A stretch of 58,227 bases of DNA, counting the filler, from Sphacelaria rigidula (Eukaryota): NCBI GenBank assembly GCA_964200075.2. It is 6 parts of 6 records of this genome, joined end to end, with 100 filler letters (N's around TTAATTAATTAA, not from the genome) between each part and the next. Parts side by side here need not be neighbours in the genome. Positions count along the whole stretch, not along the records: positions 9,723 to 19,344 come from CAXNAA020008082.1; positions 19,445 to 29,065 come from CAXNAA020008083.1; 4 more parts are not named here. One strand, given 5' to 3'. Both the position numbers and the translations under genes were made by a program. The notes under the pieces are model-generated. The model ran no database searches. It was given only the letters and a program-made list of their open reading frames with translations, and had not been told where the DNA came from. Each line of letters opens with the position of its first letter. Within the stretch, counting starts at the first letter, position 1. Positions 11,737 to 23,445 of this stretch are shown one piece after another.

Positions 11737-14700
11737 ATGTCGCACAAAAATAACGCTGGCTCTTCCCCTCAATTGGGAACCCAACCGCTTCGCCGGACCC
11801 GGAGTCAAACTATTGGCGGTTCAAAATCTTTCAAGATGAACGGCACGCCACCTTCAACACATCGCCGCACGTATGCGAGCGCTGTTCGTTCTTCGGGACC
11901 TGAAGACCAACATTCGAGCGAAGCTCATTCTTCAACACTTGAAGACCAGACTTTGACGCCGAGACCTGTTCTCTCACGTTCCGACTCGGACTCAGAGAAC
12001 ATGGTAGTGCACTCGGCCGAGTCATTGGTTCCTGACGCGCATGTCAGTGAGCCCATAACGGTGGATTCCGTCGCACACCCCTCTCTGGCCCCTGCTCCCC
12101 CGAATCCCAATGTGAAATCCGGAGTTAGGATTGTGCCCTCAGTCGAGTCGTTGCCCCTCGACACACGTGTCCAGCTCGGCCCTGCCACGGTTGCTTCAAC
12201 CGTTGCACCCCGTCGCTTGACGGCTGACAACTCTCGAGACGGTTCTGTCCCGACGAAGCGCATCGGTTCTGGAGCAAGAGACTTTGTCACACGGGCTGCT
12301 TCCGTTACGGACCCCCTTCGCACGACTCTTGATACTCCCATGCGCCCTACTGCGCAGTCCAATGTCGGACCTGCAGTTGCGGCCATGCATTCTGCCATGC
12401 AAACTCTGCATCGCACCTCCTCGGCGTCATCGCCATCGCCAGCGCCAGCTCTTATCGAGGCATTTACGACTTTTTGCCACGCCACGCTCAAAGTCCAGTC
12501 GGCGTCTGCTCATGTGCAATTCAATGATGATTCTGCACCTGCCACGCCCAAACCCGTACGTCTGGCGACCCGTTCAGCGACATCGCGTCCTCCGCTCGTC
12601 ACCCATGATAAATTCAACGAACATGAGTCCGGCCCTTCCTCAACGTCGCAGCAGAGCCGTACTCGTGCTTCTGACCGGCGCCGCACACCGAGACTTGGTC
12701 ATGACCACGTCTCCCGTTCTAGCAGTTCTAAGGGCCATTCCCAGCAAAGCTTGACTTCATCGCGCGCTTCCACACGCCCGAAGAATATCGCTCATGGACA
12801 CAAATATGAAGGTAATTCACGCCATACTTCCAATTCATCTCGCGCTCCAAAGCGCCTGGTGAATGCTAACCGTGGCCGTACTCACGAGGATGCCTTGCGG
12901 CCCAGATCAAGTTCTTCGCGCATTAACTCGCGTTCGAACAACTCCGATCATGCACCTTCGCGCATCTCTATTGCTCAGCCTTTGTCACACAACCGTTATA
13001 TACGCAATGATAACACGGTACATGCTGACGATATCCAAAACATATTTTCGGACATGTCACCGACCCCGGAATCCTCACTTGCAGGATACGACCGCACCTC
13101 ATCGCACAGACGACGACAATGCACTGACCGCGAACCACCGTCCCGTTCCGATGCTGCCCTTATTCGTTCTCTGCAACAACGTTCGACAGATCTTGAACGA
13201 CAACTGGCAACAGCAACCATGGACACCAAGGGTACTACCGCTGCTGCTAAGCCTACGAGGGAGACCACCAACGCCGCTCCCACTACCGCCGCAGCCGCCA
13301 CTACCGTGGTCACTGCGCCCTCTGCAGCAGCCACTGCAGCCACGGCTCCAACTCCTGCTGTCGCCCAACTTTCAGTAGACACCGATGCGGACAGTGGTCC
13401 CACCACTGCCCCTGTCGGGGACGTCTCCGTGCGCTCGCTTCCTTCGGTGGAGGATCTTCCTCCGCTCGGCGTCGAGTATTGCCCCGCCGGGCTTCTCTTG
13501 CGATTGTTTCAGGACCGCCCCCGCGCGGAACAAGAACGGCTCATCCAAGACTATAAGCTCCAAGTCCCGGCGCTAACTCGCACTCTACTCGACCAGCAAC
13601 GCAATGCTGACAAGGCTGCCGCCCGCCTCCATTTGGAGGAACATGCTGCCAAGTTGAAGGATTTTTAGCGACAGGCTTCGCTCGCCCAAGCCGCCAAGAC
13701 GGCGGCGCACAGAGCATTGTAGGAAGGGGAGACTGCAGCCTTGACGTCCCAAGGAGGGTTCGCGAGCTACAAGAGCATGTTCGGCGAACTACGCAATAAG
13801 CTGATTTGTCGATGGCGCGGGTGACTCACCATCAAGCCTCCCCGCCGCCTTCCGCCGACCACTTGCTTGAAGCTCGACCTCCTCGACAGCCCACACCCAC
13901 CAGGTCGGACTACGTGATACCACGTAAGTCCGACAGGGCATTCTCTATAGCAGCCGCCGCCGCCCCCTCGCCGCCTCGTGCACCTGGCCCGGCGGTCACT
14001 GCCAGCCCCACCACACGCTTGCAACTTGCTTCACACGAACAAGTATGGCTTTCTCGGTCTGCGACCGATTATACCGGCCCCTTTCACCGAAACAATCACC
14101 TGCACTGTTCCCGCCACGCTTGGAACATCATCTCGCAACGCATGTTAGCCGTTATTGACGGCTACGTGGAACAGGGCGGCATCTTCCCTGATGACGGCGT
14201 GTCGGCGATCACCTTGGGCCAACTGGTCCTCCAGGCGACAATCGGCGATAGTCCGAATCTCCACTGGTACGTCGACACTGTCACCAAGCTTTTTGCGGCG
14301 CTACGCGCCGCTTCTAGCTCTGATCCCGCCGCGCCTCTCCGCGATGATGACGAAGATGAGGATGGGTGGACCACCACGACCTCCAATTGCCGGGGTCACA
14401 AGAAGAATCACCGTCGCGATGACGATGACAACAATGGCGGAATTCACGCCGCCGCCATGGCGGTGGAGGATCCTCTTCGGGCGGCTCCGGATTAAACCGC
14501 CCGCCCCGCAAGCCGAAAGGCAAGCACACCGGAGGCAGCTCTTCCGGCTCACCCGCATCGGCCTGGAACCGGTCCGGTGCAGCTCTTCCCGCCTCGGGCT
14601 CGGAGACCCCCAGGCAAGTAATTCCTAAGTTGGCTGATGTTTCGGCCCGCATTTTAGGTTTGTCCGATACGGATACACCTGACCGTCCTTTGTCTTCTAC

Positions 14701-16165
14701 GGCAGCCCGCGCTTTAGCAACCGCCGCGGCTGACAAAGAACGTTAGGAAGCTAGCAAAAAAGCAGCTTCCGATAGAGCTGAGCCTGCCCGACTAGCTGCA
14801 ATACAGAGACAGTATATTCAGATGGATGTGAAAAAACTCTGGCACATAAAAACCATGCCTGCCGCGGATAACGAAGATTCGGGCCAGTTTACTTCTGCCC
14901 TCATCACGTCCATCCGCCGCACTGTTTGTAACATCCTTCACTTGGCGGATGTGGCTGGCACACAACGTTTCGAAGACTCAGACTGGGTAGAGGACTGGCA
15001 GACTCCCTTGCACAAAGCAATGCATCGATCGATCAGCCGCCGCTCTCCCGACCTCGCTGCTTCTTTGACGCAGGTGCTCGACGGATTCCTCGCCGAGATG
15101 GATTCGGATCGTTCCCAAGGGAAGACAGGCCCGCAATTACTCTCTGATTTGGAAAGGCGTCTCATAGGTTACTTTGACAAAAGTGATCAAGCCAGCGTCA
15201 TCCAGAGGCTGAGTTCTTTTGTCGTCACATCTGAGGTCCCATTCGCGGATTATCTCCGCGAATTTAAGCTTTTAGTTTCGGGTACGACAGGTGTCGGACG
15301 CCAGAATGAACCGAGCGATGCAATATGTCAGACTTACGTCCGCAATAGCGTTGCTCAACAGTATCCGGCTCTGATGCCGTCGTTGTTTCCGGGTGTCTTG
15401 GCGCATCGCGAAGTGCCTTACGTCTCCGTTGATACTATGTGGTCTGCTTTTGTACACCAGGAGAGTAATCTAACACCTGTCATACGTGGCAAACCTTCAA
15501 CGTCTGCGCGTTCACAACCTAGGGTTGTGTCCTCCGCTCATACCCATGGGGCTCGCGGCAGGAACTGGAGTTCGTCTCGCGCTTCATGGACCCCCGACTT
15601 AGTCGCCGGTTCAGTTATGCATGTTCAGAGCACCAAAGATGCATTTAGCGCGAGTTTTGACGGTTGGCCGTTTTCCGAGGAAACTTGGGATGATGTTTAT
15701 CTGACTTCAACCACGGCATTCATAACCGATGACCCCCATTTGTGGAACCCACTCCTTTCGTCTTCCGCTAGACGCAATGCCTTCAGCAGTCATGCCAACA
15801 GTTGCATCCACTGTAGTGTTCAAGGCCACAGCATGCGCGACCGTGACAGTCCATGCATCAACGTCTTTGATCTCATGAACCCTGAATTGCAGGACAATGA
15901 ACCCGCGTGGCGCCGATGGCAAAAACGCATGCGCGATTATCGTCCACCAACTCGAAATTACCGCAGAAATTCGAACCAACGTGGCAACAAAAGCTCTAAT
16001 CGCGGTCGCCGACACAACAATCACTGAAACCCTCGCCAGAACGATAAAAATTCTCGCGACAATAAACGTTCCGCTGATAGACACCAGCGGACGGGACCGA
16101 CACAAAGTTCTACTCCCAACACCAGAAACCCTGGTACGTTCACTTCGGATCGCTTAGATCCATGA
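11737..16165 (+). pseudogene. gag: Family A gag-like region (very long Ser/Thr/Pro/Arg-rich N-terminus, coiled-coil-like tract, capsid-like core, Zn knuckle) with stops and frameshifts
   Basis: ORFs 11737..13668, 13806..14495 and 14822..16027 are collinear with the second copy at 23446-28990. The TGA at 16025 is GGA in that copy. Confidence 0.75.
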
Positions 16166-19100
16166 CGTGCCGACGCCGGCGTTCTTCGGTCTTCCACGCC
16201 GTCGATAGCACGAGCGAAGACTTTTTCAACACAGCCCGCGGAGCCCGGGTCAAAAATTACTGACTCGACTGCCCCGGCACTATCCAGGAGCGTAACTGAC
16301 GGCCGCTCATATCGAACCCCGTCTCGAACCTCCACACAATTTTCAACACAGCCCACAGAGCCCGCGACTAAGATTGTCCGCCCGGCTTTCCCGGCACTAT
16401 GCAGGAGTGCATCTGACGGCCGTTCAAATCGACCCCCATCTTCATCCCTCCACACACCACGTAACAGTTGTGTCACCCCGCGACTCAGATCTACACCCGG
16501 CACTGAACTTGGTCCTTCAGTACCGAGTATAAGCCTGAGGTGTGGGAAGACCAACCGCCAGTCCCTGAGTCAAAGGCTTCCCTCAGCGACCGCACGCACA
16601 GGTAGCAGCAAGCCTTTTTCAGCTGACCCAAGTGTTGCTGATTTGAACCTGACCACATCGGATCATGTAATTCCCAATCAGTTCGATCGGGCTCCTTCTC
16701 CGCGATTTTCAAGACGCGCGGACCTACCTTCGGCCGGTTTTATTAACAACCGCCCCAACATATCTTCGGCTATGCCCCAACAGCCAAACTTGCCTACGGA
16801 AAGCAGCCCACAAGTTTCGCTCCGTCATGCCCCGATGCTGACCCCATCCATGCAACTGGACGCAGTTGTGGTTTCCAACTGGACGCAGTAGTGGTTTCAT
16901 CCCCAAATGTTTTGGAAGTTCCCCGACTTTTGTCGCGGCGAAAGAGAAAGCCCTGTAAGCATGCCCCCAAGGACGCGCGCGCATCATTACGTACGCCTCT
17001 TTCGAGCGGAAATCCTCGACCTCAATCTCTCCAAAATGCAACGACTTTGAGCTCGACGACTCTATCAAGTATCCCGGAAGAAACAAAATCACATGATTCT
17101 GACGGCACTACTTCTTCAATCGACGACTTCAGCCCCACACATCCTGGATCCCCCTTTGGCGGTGATCCCTGTCAACCAAAGACGATAATTTACGAAATCG
17201 CCCATGACCGTGCCACACATGGAAATGATATACCGTCCACCCCCTTCTCTGGTGAGACATCTGACCCACCGGCGGATCATCCGCCGTGCGTTTTTGCTGT
17301 CAGCCCCACTGATCCTGACCATTTTACCTTGCCGGAACACGGTCCGGATCTTGTCGGCGGCAAAGTATCTGTCGATCCGGCCACTTTTACTACTCGCGTT
17401 GCGATCCATGCCGGTCCAAACGCTATCACGCCTACGAAATGCGTACCCTTGTTGGACAGCGGCAGCCCGCAAACGTTTATTCGAGAGTCAACATGGAAAC
17501 ACATGAAACAGACCGGCGCTGCTACTGCAGCTTGTGAAACCACCACCAAACCTCGCGTGTGGGGCGGTTTCGGTGACTCTGCCGCGCCACTGACGACCCG
17601 TAAATCCGTACATCTTAGTGTGCAATTTTTTCACAACACCACTCGATCTGCCAGCCTGGCAGTCTGGGCATACGTTGTCCCCGACAGCACCATGCATCAC
17701 GCCATATTTTTGGGCAGATATAGCTATATGCGGTTATATAAACGCACCTACCGCACGCTTCCACCATTAACGCCACATTTCCCGCCGCGTGGAGAATTCA
17801 ACCTCGAACACTTCAGTACTCTCCACGGCGCCCTGGCTTATCAGGAGAATCATCACGCAACCGGAGCTGCTCACCACCTACGATATAACGGTAGCGTGGG
17901 TATAACACTCTCCGACGACCCGCAACTTCTTGAAGTTGCACTAGTTCGCCGAAGTGGCATGCCAGCACTTACGGGCCATTATCTTGCCGAAATGTTACCC
18001 CGTATCGGCGCACCAGCCGACACAGAACATTTTGTGTCGGCGGGACAACAACTCCTCCCTCTTACGGGATATGCAAACTTGGAACCCGGCGATGTTTTAG
18101 GAATCGCCGCTGCTCCCCTGATGCGCATCCCCCTCGAGACGTGCGTCACAGAGCCTGCCGCAAGAAATACCACATCTCCGGCGGCGTCAGTACATTGTGT
18201 TGATGAACGTTATTTCGATCTCGCCTCACTATTCCACCCCAGGTCCACACCGTGGATCCTGCCCAGTCAAATTCCGATCCTCCTGCTGAAGTGCTTCAAC
18301 GCTTATCACCAGGTTCTCGGAATATCTTCTTGCACATGTGGGACCAACTGCCGCCACACATGCGCGACATCAATTTTGACCTTCATGGGCCTGGCTGGGA
18401 ACCGGCGGTCATCCAAGAACTCAGTGATGTCCTGCTACAGTACCAAGACCGATTTTCCCGATCCAAGACGGATCTCGAGTATTGCAAAACACTGCCCTTT
18501 GAGGTCACCCTCCAACCCGGTGTCTTGCCGATCTCTTCTCGGCCATCCCGTACCAACCCAATCCTCACCAGGAAAGTTGACGCCATCTTGGATGCGTATT
18601 TGGAAGCGGGGCTGATACAACATTCCTCCCCTCCTTGGGCTTCGCCACTTGTGGTCGTCCCCAAATGGATGGAAACATACGCATCACCGTGAATTATCAA
18701 CGGTTGAACCGCGTCACTGTCGTCGGTATTCTTCCGATTCCCCGCATTGATGAACTCTTCGACTCCTTAGGCCAAGGCAAAATATTCAGCACCTTCGACC
18801 TCGCTTCTGGATTTTTTCAGAATGCTATACACCCTGACATAGTCCCACTGACGGCTTTTAGCACCTCGTCGGGACTCTATGTGTGGCTTCGCATGCCAGA
18901 AGGCGCCGCCACTGCCCCGGGATGCTTTCAACGCTTAATGCAACGCGTCACCGGGGGCCTCGAGCACATCATCATGTACTTGGATGACGCTATCGCTTTC
19001 GATGCCTCACCTATTGCACATATACGCACTCTACGAGAATTTCTCTTTCGCCTACGTACGCACGATTTGAAACTGTCTCCATCCAAAGCTCGCCTTGGCG

Positions 19101-19344
19101 CGACTGACTTGGATTTCTTGGGGCATTTAATTTCGCCAGCAGGCCTGCATCCGGATACAAACAAAGTCAAGGCGATGGCTGATTTGCCGATGCCAACTAA
19201 CATTTCTCAACTTCGCCCATTGTTGGGTGGGCTATCCTACTACCGCAAATGTTTGTCGAATTTATCGAAACGGATTCGCCCCCTTACTGAGCTACTCAAG
19301 AAAGGAGCCGTGTTTTCTTTCACCACAGAAATGGAGACTATCAC
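16166..19344 (+). pseudogene. pol: Family A pol (low-complexity leader, protease, RT), frameshifted
   Basis: Open frame 16166-16890. A 23-bp tandem duplication at 16853-16898 shifts the frame. Protease lies in ORF 16891..18615 and RT in ORFs 18252..18692 and 18635..19344. Confidence 0.85.
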
Positions 19345-19508
19345 NNNNNNNNNNNNNNNNNNNNNNNNNNNNNNNNNNNNNNNNNNNNTTAATTAATTAA
19401 NNNNNNNNNNNNNNNNNNNNNNNNNNNNNNNNNNNNNNNNNNNNCAGACTACTGACCAGTCAGCGCTGACTGGTCAGTAGTCTAGTTGGTTGTCTCCTAA
19501 ACCGTCAC

Positions 19509-22500
19509 ATGCCGAAGAGAGATACTTTCCGTTTGGTCAATGACTACCAAGCGGTGAACGCGCAGATAGAGCAGTCTCCGGGGGCAACGCCGAGTCAGGA
19601 GGACATGCGGGAGTTACTGGGAGCGCAACGCTTTGGCAAATCGGACTTGCTCCAGGGGTATTGGCAAATGCCTCTGGCACCGGACGCACAAGAGTTCTTC
19701 ATGATCGTCACACCAGAAGGTCTGTTTACGCCAACTCGTGGTCCTCAGGGTGTGCTGAATGCTGCATCTTATTTTCAAGGTGTGATGACCGATCATTTGC
19801 AAGGATTTGACTGCAAAGCGTGGGTCGATGAAGGTTTTATTTCGCCGATTCAGAAGAAGCGTTACTGACGTCGTTAGACGAGATTCTCGGACGTTTGTAG
19901 AGTGTTGGTCCGTTCGTTGCAGCTCACAGGTGCACGGTTTTTTCTCGAGAAATAGTTTGGTGTGACAAGGTGTACTCGCACGGACCTGTGTCTCATGATC
20001 CTGTACGCATTCAAGGGCTGAGTACGACGCGACGTCCTCAAAATGCAAGTGAGCTGTTGCAGTTTCTGCAGGCGGTCAATTGGTTGCGAACCTCGCTACC
20101 TCGCATGGAAGAAGTAGTAGCGCCGCTTCGTGCGTTTTTAGAACAACTGATGGCAGGGGCGTCGCGTAGGACCAAGCGGGTGGCGCAAAACCGTGTCATT
20201 GCGGAGGACGCCTGGACAGAGGATCGGGTACGGGCATGGCGTGCAGTGCAGGATTTGGTGGCGCAAGCGATCCCACTGTATCATCCTCGTCCTGGGTGCG
20301 TTGTGTGAATGTTTCCCGATGCAAGTGACCTTCACTGGGGGTCTTTTTTTGACGCAGGTGCCTGTCACAGAGTTTAAGAGTGAAATGGCGTTGGAAAATA
20401 TGTCACACGAACCTTTGGGGGTTCTGAGTGGTAGTTTCAAGAGTTCACAGTTGCGGTTGGCGACAGTGGATAAGGAAGGTTTCGCGATTGTAAACACATT
20501 CCGTAGACTCGAGTAATTGCTCTGGGGTGGTGTTCGTGTCTTCACTGATCATCGGAATCTGAAGTACATTTTTGAGTGTATCACCTCGGTCACAAAAGCC
20601 ATGGCACAGAGGTGTGCTAGGTCCGCACCGACACGCAATTGAACACATCCCGTGAGAAAACGTTGTCGGGGAGATTTGTTGTCTCGTTGGGTACAGGTCC
20701 CTACCGTACCTATTCGCTCCGTTGCTGTGTACAGCCCGTGTGATGCTGATGATTCGCTGCCCTCGTTAGATGTAATTCGCAATGTGCAGCGGAAAACAGT
20801 CGGAGGTAACTTCTTTTCCCACGACCTTCGGTCAAGCTACCTTGGCTGATGATGGTTTGTTTCGGGTGCATGTTGGCAGTCGTGATGTTTTGTGGATTCC
20901 GCCAGAGGGTAAGACTCTGCAAAATCGCCTTATGGTGTGCGCTGACATGAGATCGGCTGGTCACCGTGGTGTGGCGCCGACTTTGGTTCGTCTGAAAGAA
21001 TACTGTTTGTGGCCTCACATGGATTCTCAGGTTCGCGAGTTTGTTCGCCAGTGTTTACACTGTGTAGACACTCGTGCTGGCGAAATTCTACGTCGCCCGT
21101 TTGGCGATACTGTGAATAGTACTGCGCCAGGTGAGGTGATTCACTTTGACTTTCTCTACGTCGGGATTAGCGGGCCTGAATGTGATTATGGTTTGCCTGA
21201 GGACGATGATTTTCGATACGTACAAGTCATGATGGATTATTTATCTAATTTCGTTTGTCTACAGCCGACCGGAGCTTGAACAGCCGAGGTCACGGCTCAA
21301 TATTTGGTGCAGAGGTGTAAGACGTTGGGGGTGCCACGGGTATGGGTGAGCGATACCGCTTCGCATTTCAAAAATCGAGTGATAGCGCATCTGAGCGACG
21401 CGCTCCAGGTGAAACAACAATTTGCTGTTGCATACATCCCATGGTCAAACGGTGCATATGAACGTATTGTGAAGGAGGTTATTCGTGCCCCGAGGTCTAC
21501 TTTATCAGAACATAGACGACCGGTGTCGGATTGGGTTAATATTTTACCGGCAGCTCAGTGGGCGCTGAATACGTCTTTTCGTGAACGATACCGCAACATT
21601 CCATGCTGTGTGATGTTTGGACGGGCGCCGCGTACCGCGTTTTCAGCGTTGGTTTCTGCCACTGACGGCGAGTGGAAAATCGATGTCATGAATGCTGACG
21701 CGTTGCGTGACAAGGTTAAGAACGTCGTTGAAGAGCAAGTGAGGTTTTGCAAAGACGTGCAAGCAGCTGTTGCGGTGACCAGAGAAACCAAGCGTAAGCT
21801 TGCTCAGGGCCAAGCTGTGTTGCCCAAATTTGCGGTTGGTGATTTCGTTTTGTATGCTCGTGTTCGTAGGCAAGGTACGAAGCCAAAACTAATGTCCACA
21901 TGGACAGGTCCGTGGCGGGTGGTCGGAGGCGATCACGCTCACGTGTATTCGGTGCAGAATATTTTTGCTGGCACCGTGCACTCGGCTCATATCGCTCGTT
22001 TATGTTTTCATGCTGACTCACAGTTGCACATCATTGCGAACTCAAAGATGTTTTTCAGCATTCGTATGCTCAGAGGGAGTGTCGGATGAATGCTTTGGTG
22101 CACGTCGCAGAGGACGATGCTGGTAATGTCATAGTTGTGTTCGATTGAGATGGCTTCGATTCTGAAGAACGTACGTGGAAGCCTCTTCGGAAATTTTATT
22201 CTTCTGCGCCTGAAGTTGTTGTCGAGGAATTGCGTAAACTGCGGTTGACTCGGGCATTGACCAGTAAATTAGCGTCGGAGTATGGTATTTCTTTGTGATT
22301 TGGCGCATGCAAATTCGGCTTGGTGATATTTGTTGGTTGTCAAGCTCGTTCGTTTGTCTTGAACTCGCTTTGGGGGTGCTGTAGCCCGAAATGGTGCCAA
22401 GCCGTTGCGTCTAACGTGTAGGATACTGGATGATGATTATGTGACAGGGTACACTGTGGATGATGACCCTCACCGTGTAGCCTTTGATGTGTAGCCGGTG

Positions 22501-22627
22501 GGCTGCTGTTGTTTACTTCGTGAATGGAAGCTCTGAGAGAAGTTCTTATCGAGCGTGAGGCCAGTGGATTCTGGAGAAGTCCCTCACTGAATAGCCCCCT
22601 GTCCAGATCGTCTGGTAGAGGTCTTCA
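19509..22627 (+). mobile_element. Ty3/Gypsy family B (chromovirus-like), 5'-truncated and decayed: RT, RNase H, integrase, chromodomain, PPT, 3' LTR
   Basis: RT (FRLVNDYQAVN, DLLQGYWQ, PQG), RNase H (PDAS, DKEGFAIV, TDHRNL), integrase (GHRG...CLHC, IHFDF, VSD, SNG.YER), WTGPW motif, chromodomain-like D*DGFDSEERTWKPL at about 22145-22190, pol stop at 22298. Confidence 0.9.
22380..22627 (+). repeat. 248-bp 3' LTR of Gypsy family B
   Basis: Starts with TG after the G-rich PPT-like tract TTTGGGGGTGC and ends with CA. A diverged inverted copy of the same length lies at 23041-23288. Confidence 0.75.
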
Positions 22628-23040
22628 TCTCGTTCTGCTGTTGAGCGTCAAGATCTCGTTATGCTCAAGGAACTTGAGCATTTTTAGCCCACTCGTGTTC
22701 TTCCTATCTTCCCCGTATCGCCCAATGATATCATCCGCTTAACCTGCTCTTCCTACCCTCGCATTTAAATCCCCCACTAACATTACTTCTCCTTGCCTTT
22801 TGTACTTATGTGCATCTGCTGCTATCGCTCCAAACCTACGCTGGATACCGTCCACCGTACTCTTCGATTCTGGGGGCATATAGGTGTTCCCGAAGAAGTC
22901 CTTCGTTCCCCGCTCTCCTGTTGCCCTTATCAATATGTTCTCGTCGAATTTCGTGTCATCGACCACCTCTAAAATGTCACACAGGGATTCCTTGACTAAA
23001 CCTCTACTCCCCCCGCTCCCCTGCCCTTATCCTTCTGTCC
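22628..23040 (-). pseudogene. LINE ORF2 apurinic/apyrimidinic endonuclease fragment
   Basis: Motifs GNTYMPPES and VMLVGDLNARVG, followed by IIGRYGEDRKNTSGLKML, typical of non-LTR APE domains. One internal stop. Confidence 0.8.
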
Positions 23041-23440
23041 TATAGCCTCTGCCAGACGATCTGGACAAGAGGGCTTCCAGCGAGGGTCTCCTCCAGCAGT
23101 ATCTGGCCCCGCAGCTCGATGAGCCTCTTCAGAGCTTTGTATCGTTCATGGAGTAAACAGCTGCAGCCCGTACCGTCAGGCATGGGCTACACAGCAAGGG
23201 TCATCATCCACAGGATGCCCTTGTCACCTAGTCATCATCCAGGATCCTACATGCTCCGTCTACTACGCATTGGTATATTTTGGCCACAGCACCCTCAAAG
23301 CGACTCAAGAAAAACTCGCGAGCTTGACAACCAACAAACAACCAAGGCGAATTCGCACTCTCCAAATCACAAAGAAATGCTACAATCCGACGCTAATTCA
23401 CTTGTCAGCGCCCGAGTCAACCTCAGTTTACGCAATTCCT
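23041..23440 (-). mobile_element. Second family B copy, 3' end only (integrase C-terminus ELRKLRLTRALTSELAS, PPT, LTR 23041-23288)
   Basis: Its reverse complement aligns by eye with 22225-22627. Confidence 0.8.
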
Positions 23441-23445
23441 GCGCA

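Larger units (their letters stand above)
9723..19344 (+). mobile_element. Ty3/Gypsy LTR retrotransposon family A, decayed; 3' part cut by the segment edge, 5' boundary uncertain
   Basis: Gag with a degenerate CCHC knuckle (CIHCSVQGHSMRD[R]), aspartic protease LLDSGS near 17450, and RT motifs PWASPLVVVPK, PIPRIDELFD, FDLASGFFQ and YLDD. Confidence 0.85.
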
